A model generated the notes under the pieces. It was not told the DNA's origin and made no database searches. It worked only from the letters and a program-made list of their open reading frames with translations. DNA of 64,000 nt from Ascoidea asiatica JCM 7603. Taxonomy: Eukaryota > Fungi > Ascomycota. A program made the translations under genes and the position numbers. Where the stretch lies: NCBI GenBank assembly GCA_001600695.1, contig BCKQ01000016.1:117151-181150 (forward strand). The letters are read 5' to 3'. Shown piece by piece: positions 34,910 to 47,387 of this stretch; position 1 is the first letter of the stretch, and the number at the start of each line of letters is the position of its first letter.

Positions 34910-36091
34910 TTATTTTTTGGGAGGAGTATAACCTAATTGAATTAAAGTATCTTTAATTGAATCAATTGTTAATTGAATATCATTTCTTGAATCATCCATT
35001 ACAGATATACCCATATGACCAATTCTAAAATAAGTACCAAGAATATCTTTATGAATACCACCAGCTAAGATAATATTTTTTTCATTAGACATTTTTGATA
35101 AAAATTGATTACCATTAATATTTTTTGGAAAATAAATAGCAGTTAAACCATTTGCAGAAGAATTTTTATTTGAAACTAAATTTAAACCAAAATTAATTAA
35201 TTGATTTTTTAAATAATTTGAAGAAATAATATGTTTTTGAAATCTTTTATTTAAATCACCAATTGATAAAATTTGAGATAAAGAAGTATTTAAAGAATTA
35301 ATTAATTGACAAGATGGAGTTGCAAAATATGAAGGTTTATTATTTTCATAATTTTTCATAATTGGAGTCCATTTTTTTAAAGAACAATAAAAATTTAAAT
35401 TTTTTTTTTTATTTAAAGATAAATTTATTGCTCTTTCAGAAATAAATAAAATTGATAAACCTGGAGGTACACCAATTGCTTTTTGAGAAGCAGTTAAAAC
35501 AAGATCTAAATTCCAATTTGTAAATTGAATTTCTTCAACACCAACAGAACAAACACCATCAACAATAATTAAAGTTTCTGGAGATAATTTTTTAATTAAA
35601 TTTGAAATTTTTTTAATATTTGATAAAACACCAGTTGAAGTATCAACATGAGTTATAGTTATAATTTTAAAAAATTTTTCATTTAATTTTTTTTCTAAAG
35701 TATTTAAATTAATTTCTTCACCAATTTTTTCACTTGAAATTTTTTCAACATTTTTAAAATTATAAAAATTTTTAAAACAATCAAAAAATGAATCGGAGAA
35801 AAATCCAGTTGATAAAACTAAAATATTATCATTTTCAGGATCTTCAATTAAATTTGAAGCAACAATATCCCAACCTAAAGTACCAGAACCTGATAAAACA
35901 TAAGCTTGATCATTTAAATTATTTGAATTAAATAAAATTCTTAAATTTTTTAAAACATTTTGAAAAATTGAAATAAATGGTTGATGAGTATGAGATAAAG
36001 ATGGAGAAGCATTTGATAATAAAACTTCATTTGAAACTTCAATTGAACCGGGGATCATAAGAAGTTGATGATTAGCTTGTTTAAAAGACAT
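34910..36091 (-). CDS. AGX1: Alanine:glyoxylate aminotransferase (class V PLP enzyme)
   Basis: LLMIPG, GSGTLGWD, THVDTSTGV, VDGVCSVG, TASQKAIGVPPGL (PLP lysine), YFATP and FRIGHMG. Confidence 0.93.
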   Translation of the reverse strand: MSFKQANHQLLMIPGSIEVSNEVLLSNASPSLSHTHQPFISIFQNVLKNLRILFNSNNLNDQAYVLSGSGTLGWDIVASNLIEDPENDNILVLSTGFFSDSFFDCFKNFYNFKNVEKISSEKIGEEINLNTLEKKLNEKFFKIITITHVDTSTGVLSNIKKISNLIKKLSPETLIIVDGVCSVGVEEIQFTNWNLDLVLTASQKAIGVPPGLSILFISERAINLSLNKKKNLNFYCSLKKWTPIMKNYENNKPSYFATPSCQLINSLNTSLSQILSIGDLNKRFQKHIISSNYLKNQLINFGLNLVSNKNSSANGLTAIYFPKNINGNQFLSKMSNEKNIILAGGIHKDILGTYFRIGHMGISVMDDSRNDIQLTIDSIKDTLIQLGYTPPKK

Positions 36092-37296
36092 TTTTATTTA
36101 ATTGCTACTTAGTTATTATTTAGTTGTTATTTAGTTGTTATTTAGTTGTTATTTTAGAGCTATTTTGAAAATTTATTGAATAATAATACAGTACTAGTAT
36201 AATAATAATAATTAGAATAAGAAGAATATGGAATAAAGGAAGAAGAAGGCAAATAAAACAAAGAAGAAAGAAAATGTAATTTATAATAAAATGAAGCTTC
36301 TTTTGATAATATTCGACTAGTGATCAAGTTCGATGAGCATGAAATAAATGTAATAAAAGAATTAAAAGAATTAAAAGAATTAAAAGAATTAAAAAAATAT
36401 TAAATTGAAATAAAAAGGTGTTTTAAGCCAATGAAAGCCAAGGAAAGCCAAGGAAAGCGTGAGAAACAGGCAAAAACAAGCAAAAACTGGGAAAAACTGG
36501 GAAATTGTGGAGGAAGGAAGATTTCAGCGGGCAGCAGCGTCGAGTTTCTGCTTCGGGGAAAAAGAACAGCGCTGCAGCACCCCGCCAGAAGCAGACGGAA
36601 ATAAGGAAAAAAAGAATACACGTGGCACGGCTGACTTCCGAGGGGGCTTGGATTTTGAACCACTGCAATGGATCATGTACATGTATGTGTTTCTAGGTGC
36701 ACGTGCTATTTAGAGACCATGATGTTGGGTGCCGTACTCAAACGTATGCTAGACATACGCATACATGATCCGTTGTTCTGGATTTTAAAATATTGACGCC
36801 GGATTTGTGGATCTTTTTATGTAATCCGGATTGTGATTTATTTCCGTGCAAGGACTGCGATTTCCATTTGTAATCCTTATTTTCTCCTGTTTGTTTACTG
36901 AAACGATCAAAAACTTTTTTGTTTTGTTTTGTTTTGTTTTGTTTCTTTGAGTAAATTGAAATTGATTCAAATCCATCATTGAATTGAATTGAATTGAATT
37001 GAATAAAATAATATCATTGATGAAACTGATATAATCAAGCATTCAATCATCTATAAATATTGAATCATTCACAGTTGCTTCAATCCTATTCTTCTCAAGT
37101 TGTCTGAAACTCATTCCATGTGAAAATAACAATCTTTCATAAAATGATTGATCTTTTTTTTCAATACAATCTCTAAAAAATGTGATTTTACTTCACTATT
37201 ACTGAAATGATATATATATAGGATGTTTTCTATTCAAATTCAATGCTTCTTACTTAAATTCAATCACTTAATCATCTATAAACTCAAATATTACAA

Positions 37297-39204
37297 ATGT
37301 TCTTACAAAATTTTTATTTCCCATTTCTTATAATAACCTCTCAAGCATTAAAAATTCCATGGATTTCAAGTAATGATAATATAAAACCTAAAAATGATTT
37401 AAATAACTTACCAAATTCAAATTATCAAAAAGATATTGATTTGAATTATAATAATGAAATTATAGATCAATTATTACAAAGACAAGAACTTTTACTTAAT
37501 TCAAATAATGACTTCAATTATAATGATAATGATAATAATAATGATAATGAAAATATTAATAAATTTAAATCAATTGAGAATTTGGAAATTTTTAAAATTG
37601 AAAATTTAAAAAATAATTTCAATTTAGAATGTTCAATAAAATTCTTAAATCCAATTTTAAATAAATGTTCTTATAATTTTGAAATTATAAATAATAATAA
37701 TAATTTAAAAAATTTTATTTCTTTAAATTTTGCAATTTGTCAATTAATTTCAAATGGTATTCAAATTCCAAATTCTTGTAATAATTTATTAATAAATTCA
37801 AATCAAAAAAATTATTTCTCAAATAATAATAATATTGAAAATAACAATAATAATAATAATAATAATAATAATGAAAATTTTGAATTATTGATTAATGATT
37901 ATTCTTTAGATAACTTCAATAACAAAAACCAAAACCAAAACCAAAACCAAAATGGAAATGGAAATGGAAATGGAAATGAAAATAATGATATGTCATTATG
38001 TATGAAATCAATGTTTAAATCTCCTCAATATTGGACAACTTATGATTCATGTTATAAAGTTGTGAATTACGGTTGTATTCAATCTTCAATTCCATATGAA
38101 AAAAATGAAATTTTAAAATTACATTTAAATGTAACTAATTTTTATAAAAAATTTAATAATGAATTAAATTTAAATTTTAATAATTATTTAAAATTTAATA
38201 AAAAATATAATGAATTAAATAAAAAATTTTCAAAAGAAATTGAAATTTCAATTTTAAATAAACTTAATTTCTTAAATTATTCAATTAATAATTCAATTAA
38301 TAATTCACTCTCTGATTCAATAAATTTATCAAATAATTTAACTAAAAAATTAACTTCAAATTTAAATTTAAATTTAAATAATAATTTAAATAATTTTAAA
38401 TTTGAAATTAATGAATTTTTATTTAATGATTTTTTACCAAATTTTTATTTAAATTTAAATGAAATTTCAAATGAATTTAAAAATGAAGATTATTTAAATC
38501 AAATTAAAAATTTTAAAGAAAATTATATAAATGATTTAAAAGAAATTTCAAATTATTCAAAAAATGAAATTAATGAAATTAATTTAAATTCTATAAAAGT
38601 TTCAAAAAATTTTAATAAATTTATAAATAATTTTAATAATTCAATTGAAAATATTAATAATTTAACAATTAATCAAAATTTAATTTTAAATAATTTATTT
38701 AATAAAAGTTTAAATGAATTTGAAATTAAAAAATTAAATTTTGAAAATTCAACAAATTTTTTCTTTAATAAAATTTCATTAATCTTAAATGAATTCAAAT
38801 CAATTGAAGATAATAATGATAATAATGATAATAATGGTAATAATGGTAATAATGGTAATAAATTTTCAATATTGATAATAATTTTTAAATTTTTTATAAG
38901 AAATTTAATAAATTTAAGTTTAATTTTAGAGAAATTTATAAATGGAATTAAATTAATTTTTAATAATATATTAATATTTATAATTTCAATTTTAATTATA
39001 TATTATATAATTTATTTTAATTTAATTAAACCAATTTTAAATAAAATTGAAAATAAAATATGTGATAAGAGAAAATGGAAAAATTTGATAAATAAAAATG
39101 GAATTAGAATAAGTAAAATTATTATAATTATAATTTGTTTAAATATTGGAATTATTGGAGGTAAAGAATTTTCTAAAAAAATGAATGATTTATTATTTAT
39201 ATAA
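37297..39204 (+). CDS. KAR5: Nuclear fusion (karyogamy) protein Kar5/Tht1
   Basis: Signal peptide; Cys-rich domain (C...C...FAICQL...IPNSC...CMKSM...QYWTTYDSCY...C); coiled coil; C-terminal transmembrane segments. Confidence 0.85.
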   Translation: MFLQNFYFPFLIITSQALKIPWISSNDNIKPKNDLNNLPNSNYQKDIDLNYNNEIIDQLLQRQELLLNSNNDFNYNDNDNNNDNENINKFKSIENLEIFKIENLKNNFNLECSIKFLNPILNKCSYNFEIINNNNNLKNFISLNFAICQLISNGIQIPNSCNNLLINSNQKNYFSNNNNIENNNNNNNNNNNENFELLINDYSLDNFNNKNQNQNQNQNGNGNGNGNENNDMSLCMKSMFKSPQYWTTYDSCYKVVNYGCIQSSIPYEKNEILKLHLNVTNFYKKFNNELNLNFNNYLKFNKKYNELNKKFSKEIEISILNKLNFLNYSINNSINNSLSDSINLSNNLTKKLTSNLNLNLNNNLNNFKFEINEFLFNDFLPNFYLNLNEISNEFKNEDYLNQIKNFKENYINDLKEISNYSKNEINEINLNSIKVSKNFNKFINNFNNSIENINNLTINQNLILNNLFNKSLNEFEIKKLNFENSTNFFFNKISLILNEFKSIEDNNDNNDNNGNNGNNGNKFSILIIIFKFFIRNLINLSLILEKFINGIKLIFNNILIFIISILIIYYIIYFNLIKPILNKIENKICDKRKWKNLINKNGIRISKIIIIIICLNIGIIGGKEFSKKMNDLLFI

Positions 39205-39226
39205 AGAGTATATATTGTATATATAA

Positions 39227-40156
39227 TTAAGCAAATTCTTCAATATATTTATTTATATCAATTAAAGATAATTGAAAAGTTGAAGAATTAAAAGAATTTG
39301 ATTTGTTATTATTATTATTATTATTATTTAATTCAATTCTTTTTAATTTTGAAAATGGACCCCAACCAGATATTGGAGGATTTAAATCAAAAGGTAAGAT
39401 AAAATTATTTAAAATTTTAAAATTTTCAGTTAATTTATAAATTTCTAAAATTAAATCTTGTAAACAAATTACATTAATTGAATTACCAAATTTTTTTTCA
39501 ATTAAATTATTATCATTTAAAATTATTGAATTTTTTTTTTTAATATCATTTGGATCTAAAATTTTAGATCTTTTAAAAATTAAATTTTGAACAGTATTTA
39601 AATTTGGATTACCAATTAAAATATATGGAGAAATTAATTTTAATAAAGGTATAATTGATGGAATTAATTTTATAAAAACAGCTTGATTTGAATGATATAA
39701 TCTTAAAGTTTTAAAGATTTGAATAACTTTTAAAGGTAATTTAGTTTTTATATTATTTGATTTAATTCTAATTATGAATAATAATTTTGGAGATTTATTT
39801 GTAACATTTAAAATTTGATTATCATCATTTGAGATATTATTATTATTATTAATCTTATTATTAATAGTGGTTGAAGTGAATGAAGTGGATGAAGTGGTTG
39901 TAGAAGATAATCTTGATAATCTTATTTTTTCATTATTATTTGTAATATTATTAATTAATAAAGATTCAGCTCTAATGAATTTATTTTTATTTTTATTTAA
40001 TCTTTTTTGAATTAAATTATTTAATTTTTTATCTTTTGATTCTTTTTGTTTTTGTAATTTTAATTCTTGTAAATTTTTTCTTTTTTTTAATAAAATTTCT
40101 GGTTTTGAATTTTCATCTAATTTTTGTCTAATTTGTTCACCAATAGCATCAGACAT
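39227..40156 (-). CDS. RLP7: Ribosome biogenesis protein Rlp7 (uL30-like)
   Basis: PEILLKKRK, KFIRAESL, KLLFIIRIK, LNDNNLIE and PFDLNPP. RRPE-like AAAAATTTT runs upstream at about 40312 and 40374. Confidence 0.92.
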   Translation of the reverse strand: MSDAIGEQIRQKLDENSKPEILLKKRKNLQELKLQKQKESKDKKLNNLIQKRLNKNKNKFIRAESLLINNITNNNEKIRLSRLSSTTTSSTSFTSTTINNKINNNNNISNDDNQILNVTNKSPKLLFIIRIKSNNIKTKLPLKVIQIFKTLRLYHSNQAVFIKLIPSIIPLLKLISPYILIGNPNLNTVQNLIFKRSKILDPNDIKKKNSIILNDNNLIEKKFGNSINVICLQDLILEIYKLTENFKILNNFILPFDLNPPISGWGPFSKLKRIELNNNNNNNNKSNSFNSSTFQLSLIDINKYIEEFA

Positions 40157-41357
40157 TTTAAATATTAATGAATTATTGAATATTATTATATATATTATAT
40201 GAATTTATAATAAAGATAAAGTTGATAAGTATATAAAAATAGATAGTTGAATAAAGTGAATAAAGATAAATAAATAAACAAATATTTCAAATTTATTGGA
40301 AATTGTATTAAAAAAATTTTCTTCAAAGTAGGAAAACCCAGAAGAACCGCAAACGTGGTCTCTTGAAAAAAAAAAAAATTTTAAAAAAATAGTTCACGTG
40401 ATTAAACAACTCAAGGCACCCTCCATTAAAAGTCACATGACTTATAAGATCCTGTAAATTGGACACTAATGCGCACGTGCAAATGAGGCTGTGTCTCCGT
40501 GTGGCTGTGCACGGAGGTACACGGAGGACTAAGGAGCATCTCGGAGCAGTAGCGTCAGACCGCGCTGCAACCGCAAAGGAAGTTGCCTATTCGGGACTGC
40601 AGCAAGGAAATTGGGTTATGCGTCACAGCACTGTATTAGGCGTTCACGTGAACGAGTGGATTCATTTGATTTCCTAAACGGGACTTCCCAAGTCGCAGAA
40701 GCTTTTGGATTTGTGTTTGGAATTGCAATTGAACAAGAAGCAGCAGAGGCAGCAAAGGCAGCAAGAGCAGCAGGAACAGCAGAAACAATGATGGCAGCTG
40801 TGAAGAAAGAGTTTGCTGCTTGTGGCTCTTTAGCTTCTGTTGCAGTGCAAAAGAACAGAAAGAAGAAGAAAGACAGTTGAAAACAGGTGAAAAGGTCTCG
40901 AGAAGCTTGAGTGAACAACTCCAGAGAATAAATAACTTCCATGGGCACTTTCATTCTGTTCTGGTTTTCGGCTGGAGTAAAAATGCTGGGCTAGATCTGT
41001 TTTACTTCTTTTTCAATTCTTTTCTATTTCTCTTTTGTTCTTGTTTGTTCTGATCTGGTTCTGGAAGGGGAAATTGCCAGTGATTTTCACTTGCAACTGA
41101 AAATGACTTCTGCTTTCTTTTCCCACCTTTTCACAACTTTTCCCAGCTTTTCTTTTAGTTTCAGCCCATTTTTGAACTTAACTTCTACATTCACTTTGTT
41201 TACTGCTAGTTCACTGCTAGTTCACTGCTTAGTTACTTACCTAGTTACTTAGTTACTTACTTCTCTGGTGCTTCTTTTCTTGTTATCTCCCTGCAAAACT
41301 TTTCAGAGCCTGAGCGAACTTTAATCCGGCCTCACATTTTGCTTACTCCAGTCCACT

Positions 41358-41393
<36 letters not shown>

Positions 41394-42289
41394 ACACTAC
41401 ACTGCTAACTAATCACTAACTAATCACTAACTAATCACTAACGCTGAGATCCTTCCTTTAACTAACTGAGCATTAAGTAAGCAGCTCTTATTAAATACTT
41501 TATTATATTCCATTTCATATACTATAATTATTATATTACATTATATTATATTATATTCTTATATTATATTATATTATAGTGTATTATATTAAAATATATC
41601 ATATTATCATATTCTATTATATTCTATCATCTATATCATTTATCATTTATCATCTACTCATCTACTCATCTATTCATCCATTTTCATTTTCATTTTCTTT
41701 TTCTTTTTCTTTTTCTTTTTCATTGGATTCTCATTTCACTTTCAATTCTCTTTCTTATACCTTTTATTTCAATTCTTCCATTCATAACTTATATTCATAC
41801 TTCAATATATCAATATATTCGTCCAATATATTAATATATCCATATATCACATTATCACATTATCATATTATCATATTACCATAAATTAAGTATTTATTCA
41901 TATTCACTCACATTCAACACTCGTTTTCTACTTCAAAATCTCAAATTTTCAAAATTCAAGATTTAAAACTCAAAGAAAAACTAAATTTCAAAGGAAAATT
42001 AAACTAAATTTTTAATACAAATTTTTCTTTCACATAAAAATCTTATACAATAATCATCTTTATATTTCCATTTCAATTAATCAATTAATAAATTAGTTAA
42101 TAAATTAGTTAATACATTATTATCCATTCAATTAAATGTTATTCAATTCATAATTATATCAATATTCATAATAATAATAATAATTTTAAATATAAATATA
42201 AATAAAAGTTTTAATGGAAATTTATTATTAAAATTTGATTTCAAATTTAATTTTAATTTTAATTTTAATTTCAATTTCAATTCTAAAAT

Positions 42290-43102
42290 ATGTTAAATAA
42301 TAATACAAATAATACTATAAATAATAGTATATCCAATAATAACAACAATAATAATAATAATAACAACAACAACAGTAATAATAATAAAACTAATAATAAT
42401 ATTCAATATCTATCAAATAACTTTCAATCTTTATCTGTTCCTTTACAATTACCTGTTCCTAATACTGCTTCTGCTCCTGTTCAAGTCCAAGTTCCTACTC
42501 AAATTCCAACTCAAATTCCAACTCAAATTCCAACTCAAATTTCAACCCAAATTCCTGTTCAAGTATCTTTACCTTCTTTACCTTCTTTACCCCCATTATC
42601 TTCTCTATCAAATTTATCAAATTTATCAAATTTATCTAATCTATCAAACTTACCAAATCTTTCTAATTTGCCAAATTTACCAAACTTACCTAATCTACCT
42701 CAATTATCCCAAGTTTCTCAAGTTTCTCAATTACCTCAATTACCTTACTTAAATTCTTCAACTTATCAACAATCTCATTCTCAATCTCATTCTCATTCTC
42801 AATCTCAATCTCATTCTCATTCTCAAAAACATAATCAAAAACATAATCAGCCTGACTCACATCCTCCAATTCAATCCCAATCTCAATCCCAATCCTCAAT
42901 TCAAAATGATAATGAAAATCAATCTCAAATTAATAACAATAATAACAATAATAACAATAACAATAATAATCAAATTCAGTTAGATTCTCAAAATCAAAAA
43001 AATGCTGTTGCTGCCGCTGCTGCTGCTGCTGTTTATTCTTCTGCCGCCGCCTATACTTATCAACAACAAGTTCAAGTTCAAATACAAGCTCAACAAATTC
43101 AA

Positions 43103-43133
<31 letters not shown>

Positions 43134-46100
43134 AACAACAACAACAACAACCTCAATATTTATCCTTACAAGATTATAATTCAAATCAACAAGTTCAACA
43201 AGCTCAGCAACAACAACAACAACAACAAATGAATGTAAATTATGCTAATAATCAATATTTTCAAAGCTTTAATCAAACTTATTTAAATCAACAACTGCAA
43301 AATCAACAAGTTCAACAAGCTCAAGCTCAAGCTCAAGCCCAAGCACAAGCACAAGCACAAGTTCAAGCACAAGCACAAGTTCAAGCTCAAGTTCAAGCTC
43401 AAGTTCAAGCAATGAGACAAGCTCAAAATCTGCAAAATTTTCAAAATTTACAAAATCAACAATTAAATCAACAATCAAATCAACAATCAAATCAAAATCA
43501 AAATCAAACTTTTATTAATTCATTCAATAATACTATAGCTAATACTTTAAACAATTCAATGAATAACTCAATGAATAACTCTTTAAATAATACAATTATT
43601 CATAATACTAATAATTTATCTTCTTCTTCAGCTTCTTCAATTCTTAATCCAAATTCAAATTTAAATCAAAAAAATAATATTGATCAATCTATTTTAAATA
43701 ATCAAAATTCAATTCATAATTCAATTCAAAATTCAATTCAAAATTCTTCTACTTCTTTAAATTTATTAAATATTCCAAATCAAAATGATAATATAAATAT
43801 GAATATGAATACAATTGAAAATATAAATAATTTAGCTACAATTAACAATATAAATAATTTAAATAATACCATAAATAATAATATAAATAATAATATAAAT
43901 AATAATATAAATATAAATAATAATATAAATAATAAAACTGATAATAATCTGAATCGAAGTAAAAAAAAATTAAAAAGATCTAATTTTTTAATTTCAAATT
44001 CAACTTTAAACTCTATTTCCGATTTAAGAGATTCTGATGAAGAATTAAAATTAATTTCTATATCTTTAAAAAATTTACCATTATCAATAATTGCAAAAAA
44101 AATAAAAGATGTAGAACTTGAAGATAATTTTCAAAATTTTAAAAGAGAATCTGATCAACAATTTATTTCAATTAAAAATATTTTAGATAAAGATAAATCT
44201 TCAATTGATAATGAATTTTTAAAAAATTCAGATTATTCAATTTCTTTATTAAATGCAACTTCTAAAGAAAAACAAAGACAAATATTTGGTATGGTATGGT
44301 TATTAACTGCTTGTGAATCTGCTCCAACTGCTGTAGTCCCAAGAAATAGAATTTATGCTAGATATGTAACTCTTTGTGCTGATGATGCAATTAAACCTTT
44401 ATCTCCTGCTTCTTTTGGTAAATTAGTTAGAATTATTTTTCCAAATATAACTACAAGAAGATTAGGTATAAGAGGACAAAGTAAATATCATTATTGTGGT
44501 ATAAAATTATTAATTGGTGGAAATATTAATAATAATGGAAATGTAAATGGAAAACGTTTAAATATGTTAAATACAAATATGATAATGAATTCAAATTCAA
44601 ACTCAAACTCAAATTCTACTGTTAATACTCCAAATATAACTTTTAATGATTCATCTTTTATTTCTGGAACTTCTTCTTATAATAATTCAAGACCAATAAC
44701 TCCAATTGATTTTTATTCTACTTCTCAACCTCATTCTCAATTAGCTTCACCACCTGTTAATATTAAAGCAAATAATTCAATTAATTCTACTTTGGATAGT
44801 TCAAATGATAATTTCAATGATACAGGTTTTGCAAATTTAAGTCATACTACAAGTAATACTTCTATTGAATCAGATTCTAAAACATATCTGCAACTAAAAT
44901 TTTCTTCTTTATTGATTGAAGAAATTTTTGCTACAAGAGATTTAAATGATTATAGTTCTGCAATTCTTTTACCTTCTATTTATCCTTATTTACCACAAAA
45001 TGTTGATTTTGATATTGCTGATACTCTTTATTCTTTATATAGATCTCATTGTACAAGTGTTTTTGAATCTTTAAGATATATGCAATTGAAAAAATTATAT
45101 GGAGATTTAACTTCATTTCATGGATCATTAACGGCTCCTGTTTTTAAATTGTATAATACTGAACCTGTAATGAATTGGGTTAATCAATGTGATCTAATGA
45201 TGTATAAAGAAATTATAAGAATGTTAGCAAAATTAAGTTTACAAGATGTACCTGAAGATATTTTAGATCAATTAAGAATAATGACTTCAGCATATCCTGA
45301 AAGATTATTACAAAGTTTGAATAATTTAATACCAAAATATGGAATTAAAAAATTAGGACCAGCTAAACAATTTTGTGCTATAATTTCAAGATTAATTAAA
45401 GTTTGTGAAACAGCTAAACATGCTAGTAAAGTTTTAAATGATAAAAGTGATAAGAAAACAATGTTTGAAGATTGGAAAAAAATAAAAAATATAGATGAGA
45501 TTATTTTAACAGAATTACCTTGTGAAGAATCAAATATTAAAAGAGCTATAGATGCATTTCAGAATGATGTTCCTGCATTATTAATGACAGATCCAACCAA
45601 GGTAATAATGAAAATGAAAAATGACAATGAAATATCTAAGAAAGGCAAAAATGAAGAATATAAACAATTAAATACTAACAATAACTTTTTGGTTTTAAAA
45701 CATTGGGCTGAATACTTAATAAGATTACCTAATTCATTTGAAATAAAAGTATCACCTAAATTATTTATTTTATCAATGAATTCATTAATTAGTTGTTGTC
45801 TTCGGGAAATTTCATTATCAGGTGGAACAAGTTTTGGAGCTTGGTGGGTTGTGAAATGTTGGACAGATGAGTGGATGAGATGGTTTTCTGAAACTTCTGG
45901 TTTTTTATTCAATGATAATGAACCGAGAACTAATATAAATGAGAATTTGAACAGGCAGAAGGTTCTTAATCAGACTAATAAAGATGATGGATTATGTTCT
46001 AATGGATCATTTGAAGTCAAGAAAATTTCCACAAAAGAAGCCATTCAGAAAGAACATGAAAGAAATAAAAAGTTGGATACTAATATTGATTCTAGTTCTA

Positions 46101-46783
46101 ATAGATCTTTGAATGTAATTGATATTAATAATCCAGATAACAAAGCCAAAAAAAGGCTAAATAATAGTCGAGGTAGGGGTAGGCCGAGAAACGTTTTTAA
46201 GAATAGTGGTAAGATTACAACTAAACTAAAGTATAAAAATAATATTTCTAACAATAAGAAATCTAAAATGAATAGTAATAATACTGCAAAAGTTTCAACT
46301 AAAAATAATCACCCATTACAAAGTATAGAAAATTGTGGAATATTGACACCTAAAGTAAACAACCCTCCAAATTTCAAAAATTCTTTTAAAACATTGATGA
46401 CAGTTGAAGAAAATATCAAAGATGATTATAAATTCAATGATAATAATAAAGAAAATGGAGTACCTCAAAGCCGTATAAAAAATATCAACATTAATTCAAA
46501 TGTTAATGCAATAAATTTAATTAACAATAATCCAAATAATAATATGAGTGTAAATAATAATATCAATAATAATAATAAGAACAATAATATTCATAGTAAT
46601 AATAATTCTCCAAATAATTTTACAAATTTCTCAATAAATAATTTGAATAGTCAAATTCTCAGACCAGCAGATTTCAATAGTATGAATATGAGTGGAAGAA
46701 ATTCTAATGAAACTGATCCAAGATTACCAATTAAAGGTTTGCTTTACAAAACATCAAAGGCAAGTACAAATGGTCAAACGTAA
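42290..46783 (+). CDS. RFX-family winged-helix transcription factor (Rfx2/Sak1-like) with a long Q/N-rich N-terminus
   Basis: QIFGMVWL...VPRNRIYARY...PLSPASFGKLVRIIFPNITTRRLGIRGQSKYHYCGI RFX DNA-binding domain; LYRSHC and SFGAWW dimerisation-domain motifs. Confidence 0.93.
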
Positions 46784-47387
46784 ATGATGTAATATAATGA
46801 TTGATTCAATACATCAAAATTAGTGCTTTTTTTAATATAATATTTTTTTTTCAATTATTTTTTCATATTTTATATTTATCTTCTTTTTCTTTTGCTAGAT
46901 TATTTTTCTATATATTTACACTTCTATTTTTTTATCACAAAATTTCTAATTCAGAGGAAAAGCATTTTATTGTTTATATAGAATTTATACCATAATATAT
47001 TATGAAATGAAAGGTTTTACGGTTATTTAAAACTCATTGATTGTAGAAGAACATTTAGCTCTTAATCATTATTCTCCTTCTCCATTTCTTTTACTCTTTG
47101 TTTATTTCTTTTATTATTTCACTAAAAGGTTTAAAAATATTTCGTTTCGGGAAAAACCGCATTATCGGAATATAAATCCGTTGCGGAACAAACAAATCCG
47201 CCTTAGCCGTTTTTTTTTGTTTTTGATTTATTTTTTTTGGATTTGAGCATTGAAAGAGAAATGAAAGAGATTTGAAAGAGATTTGAAAGAGATTTGAAAT
47301 GAAGTAAATTTGAAAAGAAACTGAAGAGAAACTAATCAATTGTTGTCTGTTGATTGTTGATTGTTGATTGTCGGTGAACTGATTATC

